From the IMG/VR virus record IMGVR_UViG_3300020048_000016: a DNA stretch of 55,378 nucleotides, one strand, 5' to 3'. The notes under the pieces were generated by a model. The model made no database searches and was not told the DNA's origin. It was given only the letters and a program-made list of their open reading frames with translations. Made by a program: the position numbers and the translations under genes. The DNA is from an uncultured virus (IMG/VR IMGVR_UViG_3300020048_000016). Its lineage: Duplodnaviria > Heunggongvirae > Uroviricota > Caudoviricetes. Below are positions 40,147-49,022 of this stretch, one piece after another. The stretch's first letter is position 1, and each line of letters starts with the position of its first letter.

Positions 40147-40406
40147 TGAAAGTAGAAATAGGAGACACACTAGTATTCACCGGCAATAAAGCCGGTGTTT
40201 TACATTATGACAACTTTATTGTTGGTAAACAATATACAATTAGAGATATATCTGTATTCTCATATGGATTAGATGATATTTATCATGAACACAGTGTTGC
40301 AGTTCTATTCGAAGATGAAAAATATGGAACATATATGCACGATCTAGATAAGTATTTTGAAAAATTAGATGAGTACAGAGACAAAAAAATAGATCAAATA
40401 ATATGA
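40146..40406 (+). CDS. Hypothetical protein, FTxGKxY family, with C-terminal tag
   Basis: FIVGKQYTI; YFEKLDEYRDKKIDQII. Confidence 0.65.
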   Translation: MKVEIGDTLVFTGNKAGVLHYDNFIVGKQYTIRDISVFSYGLDDIYHEHSVAVLFEDEKYGTYMHDLDKYFEKLDEYRDKKIDQII

Positions 40407-40897
40407 TAGAATTAAAACCGACAAGTAAATTAACAAATGAACAATTAGAAGAATTCTCATTAAGGATATTCTTAGCAGGAAGTATAGGCGGATCTTCAAT
40501 CAATACTCTAACATCAGACTGGCAATCAATTGTAGTTGAAAAATTTAAAGATAGTAGTGTTACATTCTTTAACCCAAGAAGAGATGAATGGGATTTATCC
40601 TGGAAACAAGAACAGAAAGAGTCTAACTTTAATGAACAAGTAAATTGGGAAATGAATAACTTAGAAGATTCTGATATAATATTTATGTATTTAGCACCTG
40701 ATACACAAGCACCAATATCTCTTTTAGAATTAGGTTTGAATGCAGCAAGTGGTAAAATTATTGTTGTTTGTCCTGATGGATTTTGGAGAAAAGGGAATGT
40801 TGAAATTGTTTGTACAAGGTATAATATACCATTCTTCAACACATTAGAAGAAGGAATGGGAGGTTTAGAAACTTTTATAAGAAGATTAGAAAGATAA
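40403..40897 (+). CDS. Nucleoside 2-deoxyribosyltransferase-like protein
   Basis: IFLAGSI, FNPRRDEWD, EQVNWE, APISLLELG, CPDGFWRKGNV. Confidence 0.85.
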   Translation: MIELKPTSKLTNEQLEEFSLRIFLAGSIGGSSINTLTSDWQSIVVEKFKDSSVTFFNPRRDEWDLSWKQEQKESNFNEQVNWEMNNLEDSDIIFMYLAPDTQAPISLLELGLNAASGKIIVVCPDGFWRKGNVEIVCTRYNIPFFNTLEEGMGGLETFIRRLER

Positions 40898-40944
40898 GTG
40901 AAATTTTATTTATAATATATACTCTATAAAAAATAAATAAAACT

Positions 40945-41160
40945 ATGGAGTATTTAGACAAATATGATAAATTAGTCAAAATTCTTACAGAAGAAATTGA
41001 AATCGATGGTAAGAAATATGATCTTAAAGAAGACTTTGAGAAATTTTTCATAAGAGAAAATAAAACTGCTGGAACTCGTGTAAGAAGAGTTATGCAAGAG
41101 TTGAAAAAACTCGCACAAGAAGTCAGAGATGACGTTCAGAAAGAAAAAAAAGACATTTAA
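40945..41160 (+). CDS. Hc1-like (histone H1-like) nucleoid protein
   Basis: DFEKF..NKTAGTRVRRVMQELKKLAQEVR. Confidence 0.75.
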   Translation: MEYLDKYDKLVKILTEEIEIDGKKYDLKEDFEKFFIRENKTAGTRVRRVMQELKKLAQEVRDDVQKEKKDI

Positions 41161-41164
41161 ATAC

Positions 41165-41192
41165 AAACCCACCTAAAAAGGTGGGTTTTTTT
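41165..41192 (+). terminator. Terminator, followed by TAATATATA
   Basis: AAACCCACC-TAAAAA-GGTGGGTTT followed by a T-tract. Confidence 0.8.
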
Positions 41193-41209
41193 ATTTAATA
41201 TATAATCTT

Positions 41210-41779
41210 ATGAAATACATTAAACTATTTGAAAACTTTGATGGTGGCACACATATAGAAGATGCTAAGTGGATCGTTATATCTCATCTTGGAGAAGTAG
41301 AAGAAATTGAAATAGATCCTAAATGGAATGCTAAAAACTTATTTGAATTTGAACTTCAAGAAATACCAACTTCCAATCAAATAGAAAGTTGCAGAGAACA
41401 TCTTAGTGAAGAAGGTTTCTTTCTAGAATTAAACGAGAATAGTATTGTTGGAACCACCGGCGTAGGTAAGTCTCTAAAAGATTATTATATTAATTGGTTA
41501 AACGAAAACTTCAGTAATATGGATATTTTTGAAAGTAAAGATAGACCAGGATGCATTTTATATAGATATATTGCTAAAGATAATGTATTTATTTACGATA
41601 AAAAAAATGCAGAAGTTTATATAAATTATAATAAAATTTGGTCATTTTTTGAGAGTTATTTTAGTATGGAATATAAGGAAATACAAGAGTTAACTGAGGA
41701 GTGGTTGAGTGAAGCATACAATTTAAAGGGAGTTACAACACAAGCAGTAGCAGCACCCAAAGCACTTGCTGTTGAGTGA
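41210..41779 (+). CDS. WLEETY paralog family member 3, with leader
   Basis: MKYIKLFENF; WLNENF, IWSFF, EWLSEAYNL. Confidence 0.75.
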   Translation: MKYIKLFENFDGGTHIEDAKWIVISHLGEVEEIEIDPKWNAKNLFEFELQEIPTSNQIESCREHLSEEGFFLELNENSIVGTTGVGKSLKDYYINWLNENFSNMDIFESKDRPGCILYRYIAKDNVFIYDKKNAEVYINYNKIWSFFESYFSMEYKEIQELTEEWLSEAYNLKGVTTQAVAAPKALAVE

Positions 41780-41794
41780 AGCATACAATTTAAA
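41704..41794 (+). repeat. 24-bp direct repeat around a 43-bp insert
   Basis: GTTGAGTGAAGCATACAATTTAAA at 41704-41727 and 41771-41794. Confidence 0.9.
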
Positions 41795-41809
41795 TAATAA
41801 AAATTAAAA

Positions 41810-42412
41810 ATGAAATATATTAAACTATTTGAGAACTTTAACAATGATACATTAGAAGATTCTAAGTGGATTATTATATCTCATCTTGGTGAAGTAGAAG
41901 ATGTTGAGATTGATTCTAGATGGAATGCTAAGAATATATTAAGACTAGAACTTTTAGAAGCACCAACAGAGGATCAGATAAAAAGATGTGAAGAACATCT
42001 TAAAGAAGAAGGCTTCTTTTTATTTATGACCGGTACTGATTGGTCAAAAGAAAATGAAAATGTTAGCATAATAGTAGGAGTTGGTAGTTCGTTAGAAGAT
42101 GTTGTAACCAAATGGTTAGATGATAATTTTAGTAACTTAAAAAGAGTAGATTATGGAACTACTGCATTTTTCACCGAAGATCATAGTTTAAAAAAAATAG
42201 AGGTCACTGATATTCCTAGAAGTGTTATATTTTATACCGATCCTGTTAGTCTTTCACATACTTTCACAAAGGTTAATTGGAGCAAATTGTGGCAATTTCT
42301 TGATCATGATTTATTTTTGAATAGAGATCAGATAAGAGAAATTCTTAAAAAATGGATAGAAAAAACATACGGATTAGAAGATATACCACCATTAGATTGG
42401 GCAAATATCTAA
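41810..42412 (+). CDS. WLEETY paralog family member 4, with leader
   Basis: MKYIKLFENF; ISHLGEVE, WNAKN shared with member 3; KWIEKTYGL. Confidence 0.75.
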   Translation: MKYIKLFENFNNDTLEDSKWIIISHLGEVEDVEIDSRWNAKNILRLELLEAPTEDQIKRCEEHLKEEGFFLFMTGTDWSKENENVSIIVGVGSSLEDVVTKWLDDNFSNLKRVDYGTTAFFTEDHSLKKIEVTDIPRSVIFYTDPVSLSHTFTKVNWSKLWQFLDHDLFLNRDQIREILKKWIEKTYGLEDIPPLDWANI

Positions 42413-42428
42413 CATTTTAAATAAATAT

Positions 42429-42455
42429 AAACTCATCTAAAAAGGTGAGTTTTTT
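42429..42455 (+). terminator. Terminator related to 41165-41192, followed by TAATATATA
   Basis: AAACTCATC-TAAAAA-GGTGAGTTT followed by a T-tract. Confidence 0.7.
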
Positions 42456-42489
42456 AATTTAATATATACTTTAAATATAAACTATTACT

Positions 42490-42699
42490 ATGAAATACAT
42501 TAAAAAACATCCAGTTCATACAGATAAAGATTTGAATTTATCTGACGATATGAAGAAACAAGATCATGTTGATGCACCATCTAACAAAAAATTAGATGCA
42601 GATAAAAGTCTTAGCGATCCAACAATATCTAAAAAAGTAAGTAAACCTTCTAACAAAAAATTAGACGGTGAAAACTTTTTATCAAAAGATCAGAAATAA
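42490..42699 (+). CDS. Small hydrophilic protein with partial leader
   Basis: MKYIKK; PSNKKLD repeated twice. Confidence 0.6.
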   Translation: MKYIKKHPVHTDKDLNLSDDMKKQDHVDAPSNKKLDADKSLSDPTISKKVSKPSNKKLDGENFLSKDQK

Positions 42700-42707
42700 T
42701 AAACTAT

Positions 42708-43298
42708 ATGAAAAAATTTAGTAATATATCAAACGCAAAAGTTGGTCAAGAGCCAGAGAAAAAAGAAGTAAAGATAAACGAAGAAGACGCTTTTAAGTCT
42801 CAGGTAGTTTCTCTAATGGATTCTTATTTAAGAATTCAAACTTATGGTCCAGTTGATCGTTTTTTAAGAGCAGGTACTCTTAAAATATCAGGTAAAGAAA
42901 TGTTCGCAGAAGCATTATTAACTTTAATGAGTGATAAGTCTTTAAAAGAACAAAGTTCTATCTTAGAAAGTCTTAAATCAACTGTTAGAGATTGGGAATC
43001 TATTGATGAGAAAATAGATCAACTAAATTCTAAAATAGAAGAAACTCAAACTAAAAACAAAATGATCGAACATAGAGATAAATTAGAGTCTTTATACGAA
43101 AGATATGGTAAAGATGAAGAGATATTACTAAAAATGGTTGAAAGTTCATCAGAGAAGATAAAAACAAGTGAGAAAGCTCACCTAAGATCTTTAACTGCAG
43201 AGTATATGTCTAACGAGGGTAAATATCCAAAAGAAGTTTTTGCTAAAATATCAGAAAAATACAAAGAAAGAGCAAACCAATTGGGTAATAATAAATAA
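42708..43298 (+). CDS. Hypothetical helical protein
   Basis: MKKFSNI...INEE; coiled coil. Confidence 0.65.
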   Translation: MKKFSNISNAKVGQEPEKKEVKINEEDAFKSQVVSLMDSYLRIQTYGPVDRFLRAGTLKISGKEMFAEALLTLMSDKSLKEQSSILESLKSTVRDWESIDEKIDQLNSKIEETQTKNKMIEHRDKLESLYERYGKDEEILLKMVESSSEKIKTSEKAHLRSLTAEYMSNEGKYPKEVFAKISEKYKERANQLGNNK

Positions 43299-43306
43299 AA
43301 TCCATT

Positions 43307-43888
43307 ATGGAAGATATTGTATATAAAATATTCGACACGAGGATGTTTGAAAACATCCTTTTTGTCGCTGAAAACCCAGCATCAATTAAGACTGAGTACA
43401 CCTCTAAGCAAGATGGTGAATTAGTTAAAACACAAATAGAGAATATTTATAATCTAAGTAGCAAAGTTTATTTAGATGATTTGGTATCAGATAGTTTAAT
43501 TCATAATTTTTTTGTGAATCTGAATTTCAAATCTGATACAAAAGAAATTAAATACTTTAAAAGAAACTCATTACAAAGACTATTCAAAAGACTAAACTTT
43601 GACGATCTATTAAAACATATAGAAGGATATGATTGGGTTATAACAAATGATGTTATAGTAAAAGAATTTGAGAAATCACCTGACTTTGAAATTCTAGATA
43701 GTAAATCAGAAATAAAATTAGTAGGTAAGATAAACAACACACTGATCTATTTAAATCCATTTGATTCCGGTTCAAAAATGTACTTAGGTAAAAAAGAATC
43801 AATTACTGCTTTATTCAAAAAAAATACAGAATCAATAGAATACACATACCACTCAAATGGTAATCTAAATAAGTTAATTGTGTCGTGA
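43307..43888 (+). CDS. Hypothetical protein resembling the C-terminal part of T4 gp23-type capsid protein
   Basis: GYDWVITN...VGKINNTLIYLNPF...MYLGKK. Confidence 0.45.
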   Translation: MEDIVYKIFDTRMFENILFVAENPASIKTEYTSKQDGELVKTQIENIYNLSSKVYLDDLVSDSLIHNFFVNLNFKSDTKEIKYFKRNSLQRLFKRLNFDDLLKHIEGYDWVITNDVIVKEFEKSPDFEILDSKSEIKLVGKINNTLIYLNPFDSGSKMYLGKKESITALFKKNTESIEYTYHSNGNLNKLIVS

Positions 43889-44154
43889 AAACTCTAAGTG
43901 ATAAACATATTGAGATGTTACTCGAAATGGTAGAAATACATTTTGCTTGTTTTGAGAAGCACTACCCAGAATATGATATTACTTATGAGAATGTTCTAGA
44001 ACTTAACCACCAAAAGATGATGGATATTTTAGATGGTTGCTTAGATTGCGAAGATGATATATTAGACTTCATATTCGAATCAATGATAGATGATTATAAA
44101 CGAATTCTAGTAAACGAAAGACCAAATGACGAAGATGAATATTATGGATATTAA
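43885..44154 (+). CDS. Acidic hypothetical protein
   Basis: GTG start overlapping the upstream stop. Confidence 0.55.
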   Translation: MKTLSDKHIEMLLEMVEIHFACFEKHYPEYDITYENVLELNHQKMMDILDGCLDCEDDILDFIFESMIDDYKRILVNERPNDEDEYYGY

Positions 44155-44185
44155 AAAAGCCGATATAAATTATATCGGCTTTTTT
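44153..44185. terminator. Bidirectional terminator
   Basis: AAAAAAGCCGATATAAATTATATCGGCTTTTTT. Confidence 0.8.
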
Positions 44186-44188
44186 GTT

Positions 44189-44923
44189 TTACTTTTTCAA
44201 CACCTCCTTAGTGTAGTACTCATCAAAACCGGTTAACAATTTGCTAACATCATAAGTCTTATCATTAGTGATAACCTCATCGATGAAACCAAATTCCAAA
44301 GCCTCATAAGCATTTAACCACTTGTCGCGTCTTGCAGCTTCTAATACGAAGTCAAACTCCTTTCCGCTATTCTCAGCCAACATCTTAAACAAGATGTAGT
44401 TATACTTCTCAGACTCCATTTGTGAGATACGATTATCTTGAACGTGTCCTTGAGCACCTGAACTAACTTGGTGAATCATTACTTTAGAGAAGTTCAAAGA
44501 AGAACGTTTACCTTTTGTACCTGATGATAGTAAGATAGAACCCATCGATGCTGCCATTCCTGTATTTATTGTTTCAACATCAGAGTTGATATATCTCATA
44601 ACATCTACCATTCCTAAACCAGCCAAAACTGATCCACCTGGCGAGTCGATATGCATTTTGATATCTTTTTTCTCAACAGAATCTAAGTACATTAACTGTG
44701 CTTGAACAACAGTTGACATATTTTGATTAACGACACCAGCAACCCATAATATACGATCTCGCATAAGTCTACTAAAAATGTCCATCTGCGTTACTCGCAT
44801 CTCTCTTTCTTCAAGAATGTATGGTGTCATACTATTCTCTACTTGTTTATCATAGTAGTCTAAATTCATAGAACTTAAACCATTACTCAAAGCATACTTT
44901 TTGAAATCTTTTCCGAAATCCAT
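44189..44923 (-). CDS. clpP: Clp protease proteolytic subunit
   Basis: DIFSRLMRDRI, IDSPGGSV, GMAASMG (catalytic Ser), MIHQ, RDKW..EALEFGFIDEV. Confidence 0.95.
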   Translation of the reverse strand: MDFGKDFKKYALSNGLSSMNLDYYDKQVENSMTPYILEEREMRVTQMDIFSRLMRDRILWVAGVVNQNMSTVVQAQLMYLDSVEKKDIKMHIDSPGGSVLAGLGMVDVMRYINSDVETINTGMAASMGSILLSSGTKGKRSSLNFSKVMIHQVSSGAQGHVQDNRISQMESEKYNYILFKMLAENSGKEFDFVLEAARRDKWLNAYEALEFGFIDEVITNDKTYDVSKLLTGFDEYYTKEVLKK

Positions 44924-44939
44924 ATATTTAATTTAATTG

Positions 44940-45509
44940 TTACACATTTATATAGGAATCAAAAGACTTGTTATCCGTTGATCTACCTAAATTTTCTAAT
45001 TCATTACCGTCATATAAAACCTTTGATACCATATCATCAATAAAGAAATCGTTTGTACCGATCTCACCCATTAAAATGATTTTTAGTTTTGATAAATCAA
45101 ACTCTTCATCTTCTATGATAGATTCAAAGAAAGTTCCTTTCTCACCAGATACATTCATAAACAAAAGATCTTCATTAACTTTAATGTTATTATCCGATAA
45201 GTAATTCTCAAAATATTCATAGTCAATAGTTTCTTCTTCGTTATCCTGTAAGTCAAATGCTCTTGCTTCAAAAACAACCTCACTATTCTCATCAGTTACT
45301 TCTAAACTAAACTCATCATTTGCTTGAAAGTTTGAGTAAACATCATTTATATCATACCAATCACTACCCAATAAATCAGAGTCTGTTGCTACTTCATTAA
45401 GTTCAGTACCTTCTTCAACTGCTTCTGCAATTTTATCTTTTGTTTCTTGGTCTATATGACCAAATGCTACTTCGGAACCATAACCGAAGATTCTAATAGT
45501 ATATTCCAT
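44940..45509 (-). CDS. Acidic hypothetical protein
   Basis: GYGSE, EKGTFF, FDLSKL, STDNK. Confidence 0.65.
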   Translation of the reverse strand: MEYTIRIFGYGSEVAFGHIDQETKDKIAEAVEEGTELNEVATDSDLLGSDWYDINDVYSNFQANDEFSLEVTDENSEVVFEARAFDLQDNEEETIDYEYFENYLSDNNIKVNEDLLFMNVSGEKGTFFESIIEDEEFDLSKLKIILMGEIGTNDFFIDDMVSKVLYDGNELENLGRSTDNKSFDSYINV

Positions 45510-45554
45510 ATTGTTTTTATTAAATTACTTAATTAAAGTTTAAAAAATAATAAT

Positions 45555-45589
45555 AAAAAAAAATACTGGATCAAATCCAGTATTTTTTT
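45555..45589 (-). terminator. Rho-independent terminator
   Basis: AAAATACTGGAT-CAA-ATCCAGTATTTT with A/T tracts. Confidence 0.75.
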
Positions 45590-46017
45590 TATCTTTCTAA
45601 TATTTGAATCATAACATCTAATATGTGATCCTCGTTACTAATCGAACCACCGAATCCATATCCATCTGCGTGTGACTCATAATCAAAAACTAGTTTTCCA
45701 TCAAGTTTAACCTCACCAGAAACCACACCCTCATCATACTCGTTATATTTAGTAGAATAGTCTACATCGAATCTACGCTCAAATTCGTCATATGTTGCTT
45801 CAGCATAAGCTTCGTCTTTTCCTGCAGATAGAAGGCTATCACTCAATATCTCACAACACTTCGTTACAAATTGATCACCATTTCCGTAGTCGTACAATCC
45901 ATCAACATAGTCCTCTAGTTCTTTTTCTAGTTCACTCGAAGTCGTCTCTGCGTTAACCAAAAATCCAAAATCATGCTCTTCGTTCTCAAAAAGTCTGTAA
46001 TTTTTAATATACTTCAT
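45589..46017 (-). CDS. Acidic protein with N-terminal leader
   Basis: MKYIKNYRLFENEE; TAATATATA at 46038-46046 (minus). Confidence 0.7.
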   Translation of the reverse strand: MKYIKNYRLFENEEHDFGFLVNAETTSSELEKELEDYVDGLYDYGNGDQFVTKCCEILSDSLLSAGKDEAYAEATYDEFERRFDVDYSTKYNEYDEGVVSGEVKLDGKLVFDYESHADGYGFGGSISNEDHILDVMIQILER

Positions 46018-46043
46018 AATATTTTATTTTTTATTATTATATA

Positions 46044-46289
46044 TTAACTTAATTTTTCAATTTTTAATTTTCTAAACTCACTACGAACTTTTATATCATA
46101 TCTTCTCATAGATATAGTATCACTCTCAGTCGTTGAGAAAAAATCACCACAAGTAGTACACTCATATGATAACCAAATAACATCAACTTTTCTATTTAAC
46201 CTAGCACAATATACCAAATTATTATACTCAATCAAATTCATTGGTCCACCATCACACAAAGGACAATCATTTACTACTTTCTCTATCAT
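46044..46289 (-). CDS. Zinc-ribbon protein with C-terminal tag
   Basis: CPLC...CTTC; ends EFRKLKIEKLS. Confidence 0.65.
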   Translation of the reverse strand: MIEKVVNDCPLCDGGPMNLIEYNNLVYCARLNRKVDVIWLSYECTTCGDFFSTTESDTISMRRYDIKVRSEFRKLKIEKLS

Positions 46290-46534
46290 AAACTTAACAA
46301 TAGTGATAACTTCAACTCTCTTTCTAATTCTTTATCACCTTCACAAATATCAACAATTGCAGATTCAAGAGCAATTTCAATACTCGAATAAAATAAACCA
46401 TCTTCTGATTCCATTAACATATTACCAGGAAATAATACTTGATAAACATAACCAGATACATCTTCCATAATATCAATCTCGTGATTAAACCATTCAAGAT
46501 GTTTAACTACTTTATCTGGTGTATATTCAATCAT
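46286..46534 (-). CDS. Hypothetical protein with C-terminal tag
   Basis: Ends ELERELKLSLLLSL. Confidence 0.6.
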   Translation of the reverse strand: MIEYTPDKVVKHLEWFNHEIDIMEDVSGYVYQVLFPGNMLMESEDGLFYSSIEIALESAIVDICEGDKELERELKLSLLLSL

Positions 46535-46791
46535 TATTTCTCAGTTTCAGCAATCAATTGCATAATTAAATCTTTGGATTCCTCACATTGGTTTGCTAAT
46601 CTATTTATGATATCAATCAATTCGGTATTAGACTTATCATATCTTTCTTCTGATAAGATAGATGATAATGTCCAGAATGGTGTCAACTTATTTCTAAGTT
46701 TGGCTTGTGGTGTTTCCTCAACCCAATTACCATTAATATCTCTGTGTCCTGTTTTTCTCTCGCTCATATTATAGATTCTTAATTCGTTCAA
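46534..46791 (-). CDS. Hypothetical protein
   Basis: In a run of coupled minus-strand ORFs; start may be 46767. Confidence 0.55.
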   Translation of the reverse strand: MNELRIYNMSERKTGHRDINGNWVEETPQAKLRNKLTPFWTLSSILSEERYDKSNTELIDIINRLANQCEESKDLIMQLIAETEK

Positions 46792-47149
46792 TCTCTGCTT
46801 CCAACTTTGCTATATGCTCAGACTTAGTATTTTCTTTCTTTTCTTCTTCTGATTTGATGAATAAAGCGATTTCTTCATCTGTAGATCTACGATAGATAAC
46901 ACCAGTTACTTCCACTTCATTATGATCACAATGAAAGTCTACATTAACATAGTTTGCACCTTGCTTCTCAAATTCATCTAATGCTTTTCTCATATTTTCA
47001 ATAGAAATCACACCACCCTCCAAATAATTTAATTCTTCGATAACTTCATATCTATCATTGCTATTCCAATCATAACCAAGATCACTTTCTGGTTCTACAT
47101 AGAATTGTTTTGTCTCTAAATTTTTCTTTGTGAAATATTGCATTGCCAT
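46769..47149 (-). CDS. Hypothetical protein
   Basis: Preceded by TACATTTG at 47173-47180 (minus). Confidence 0.65.
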   Translation of the reverse strand: MAMQYFTKKNLETKQFYVEPESDLGYDWNSNDRYEVIEELNYLEGGVISIENMRKALDEFEKQGANYVNVDFHCDHNEVEVTGVIYRRSTDEEIALFIKSEEEKKENTKSEHIAKLEAEIERIKNL

Positions 47150-47191
47150 ATGTTTTGTTTTTAGTTATTATACAAATGTACTAAATAAAAA

Positions 47192-48094
47192 TTAAAGTGC
47201 AACAGTTTTAAGACGATTGTTTATTAAAGTAAATATTTTACTACAAACGGTCTCATTCAATTTTAAATTATTAATACTGAATTCTTCATATTGATCATAA
47301 CAATCAGCATAGTAAGAACCATTTTGAGCACATTCTGCTAAGATAGAACTGATTGAACCTTCTATCGGATAAACTATTTCATAAATTTGATTTTCAGTTA
47401 GAGAAATTCTTTTACCTTCACCCCACATATAATCAACATAGTACTTTTTGAAGAATTTTTGAAGATCAATAGATATATATTCAATTGAAACACCATTCCA
47501 ATTTGAGTGAGTATAATCAAAAGTAACTTCGTGACCATAACGATATGCATATATCTCATTATTATTATTAACCAAAGTAGATATATCAGATTTAGATTTA
47601 ACTTCATATCCTCTGATAAATATATTCAAATTAATTGTATTCTCATTTGCTTGTGTTTTGTACCAAGAATTGTGTTTTTTATAAAGAGTTACATTATATA
47701 AACCATCATAAATCGGTTTACCCTCCCAATTTACCGGATTATTAAGATCCATTTTATTTTGATCAATACCAACCGCAGCAGGTAGCCAGTATTCTCCTTC
47801 GTGAAATACTAAACCATCTTTGACTTCTACAACAGCTTTTGTACCATGATCACCATTACAAATATAACCATCATATCTAGCAAATGAATTGTAATATTTA
47901 ATAACATCATCTTTATCAGACCAATCAACTATTGTGTTTGGACTAAATCTAAATTGAATAGGTTCACCACTATCAACAAGTTTTTTAATCTTGTTCCAAC
48001 CCATCCTGGTTTTACCAAAAAAGCAAAACTTGTCACTTACTCTAGTGACTTCATTTCCCTGAAAAAAATCTCCTTGTTTTAATATAGTGCCCAT
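47192..48094 (-). CDS. Hypothetical protein
   Basis: 300 aa; TATATTTG at 48117-48124 (minus). Confidence 0.65.
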   Translation of the reverse strand: MGTILKQGDFFQGNEVTRVSDKFCFFGKTRMGWNKIKKLVDSGEPIQFRFSPNTIVDWSDKDDVIKYYNSFARYDGYICNGDHGTKAVVEVKDGLVFHEGEYWLPAAVGIDQNKMDLNNPVNWEGKPIYDGLYNVTLYKKHNSWYKTQANENTINLNIFIRGYEVKSKSDISTLVNNNNEIYAYRYGHEVTFDYTHSNWNGVSIEYISIDLQKFFKKYYVDYMWGEGKRISLTENQIYEIVYPIEGSISSILAECAQNGSYYADCYDQYEEFSINNLKLNETVCSKIFTLINNRLKTVAL

Positions 48095-48234
48095 TTCTAA
48101 TAAATTTTATAAAGTACAAATATAATAAAAATATTTCAATAAATACTAAACTTTTTAAAACATTGATAGATACTAGGAATATAATATACATACGAGTTCA
48201 ATTAAGAAGTCGTAATAAAAATAGAAATATAAAG

Positions 48235-48507
48235 ATGAATAAATCTGAATTAGTAGAAGCAATTGCTAAAGAGAGTGGTTTAACAAAATCAAAATCTGCT
48301 GAAGTTCTTAACGCTATCGTTAACAACATTACAGAAGCTCTTAAAAATGGAGAAAAAGTTTCTTTAACTGGTTTCGGAACTTGGTCAACAACTAAGAGAG
48401 AAGCAAGAAAAGGAAGAAATCCTAAAACTGGTGCTGAGATCGAGATCCCAAGCAAAATAGTTGCAAAGTTTAAAGCAGGTAATGATTTGAACAAAACGGT
48501 TAATTAA
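48235..48507 (+). CDS. hup: HU DNA-binding protein
   Basis: MNKSELVEAIA, GEKVSLTGFGTW, ARKGRNPKTG, KFKAG. Confidence 0.95.
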   Translation: MNKSELVEAIAKESGLTKSKSAEVLNAIVNNITEALKNGEKVSLTGFGTWSTTKREARKGRNPKTGAEIEIPSKIVAKFKAGNDLNKTVN

Positions 48508-48529
48508 TTAACCAATCTCTAGAAAGGAT

Positions 48530-48562
48530 AAAAGCCTCTGATAAATAATCAGAGGCTTTTTT
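48530..48562. terminator. Bidirectional terminator
   Basis: AAAAGCCTCTGATAAATAATCAGAGGCTTTTTT. Confidence 0.8.
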
Positions 48563-48563
48563 A

Positions 48564-48830
48564 TTAGTTATACGTTTCGATAACATCTAATAATTCAGAC
48601 TTAGTGATACCAACTTTAAGATATTTTGATACAATCCAATCAAAAATTTCATCACCATCTAAATCATTTTTAACATCATTCCACTCACTACCTTCTACTT
48701 CATCATAACCCAATAAATCTTCTGCTATAGAAAAAAGTGAATCAATATCCAAATCTTTTAATAATTCTGATATCTCATCTTCTTTCAAATTTGATTCATT
48801 AAATTGTTCTTTACTTTTTAAATGTTTCAT
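48564..48830 (-). CDS. Acidic protein with N-terminal leader
   Basis: MKHLKSKEQFNES. Confidence 0.65.
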   Translation of the reverse strand: MKHLKSKEQFNESNLKEDEISELLKDLDIDSLFSIAEDLLGYDEVEGSEWNDVKNDLDGDEIFDWIVSKYLKVGITKSELLDVIETYN

Positions 48831-49012
48831 TTAATATTATTTTTTTTATAACCCCAAGGGCAATGTCTACAAAAAGATTTACAACACAATGGTCTAACTG
48901 TCTTAAGATACTCTTCTGTGAATATTCTCATTCTTATTCCATCAACTTCTTCCCAATAGAAGTCAACACCTTCTATCAATTCGTTAATATGTAGTCTTTT
49001 ATGATCGCACAT
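48827..49012 (-). CDS. Cys-rich DUF5522-like protein
   Basis: EGVDFY..FTEEYL..CC..CRHCPWGY. Confidence 0.65.
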   Translation of the reverse strand: MCDHKRLHINELIEGVDFYWEEVDGIRMRIFTEEYLKTVRPLCCKSFCRHCPWGYKKNNIK

Positions 49013-49022
49013 AAACTATATA

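Noticed and set aside
41704..41794. Mini CRISPR array (24-bp repeats, 43-bp spacer)
   Set aside because: Only two repeats, non-palindromic and protein-coding, with no adjacent cas genes. Kept as a repeat finding instead.
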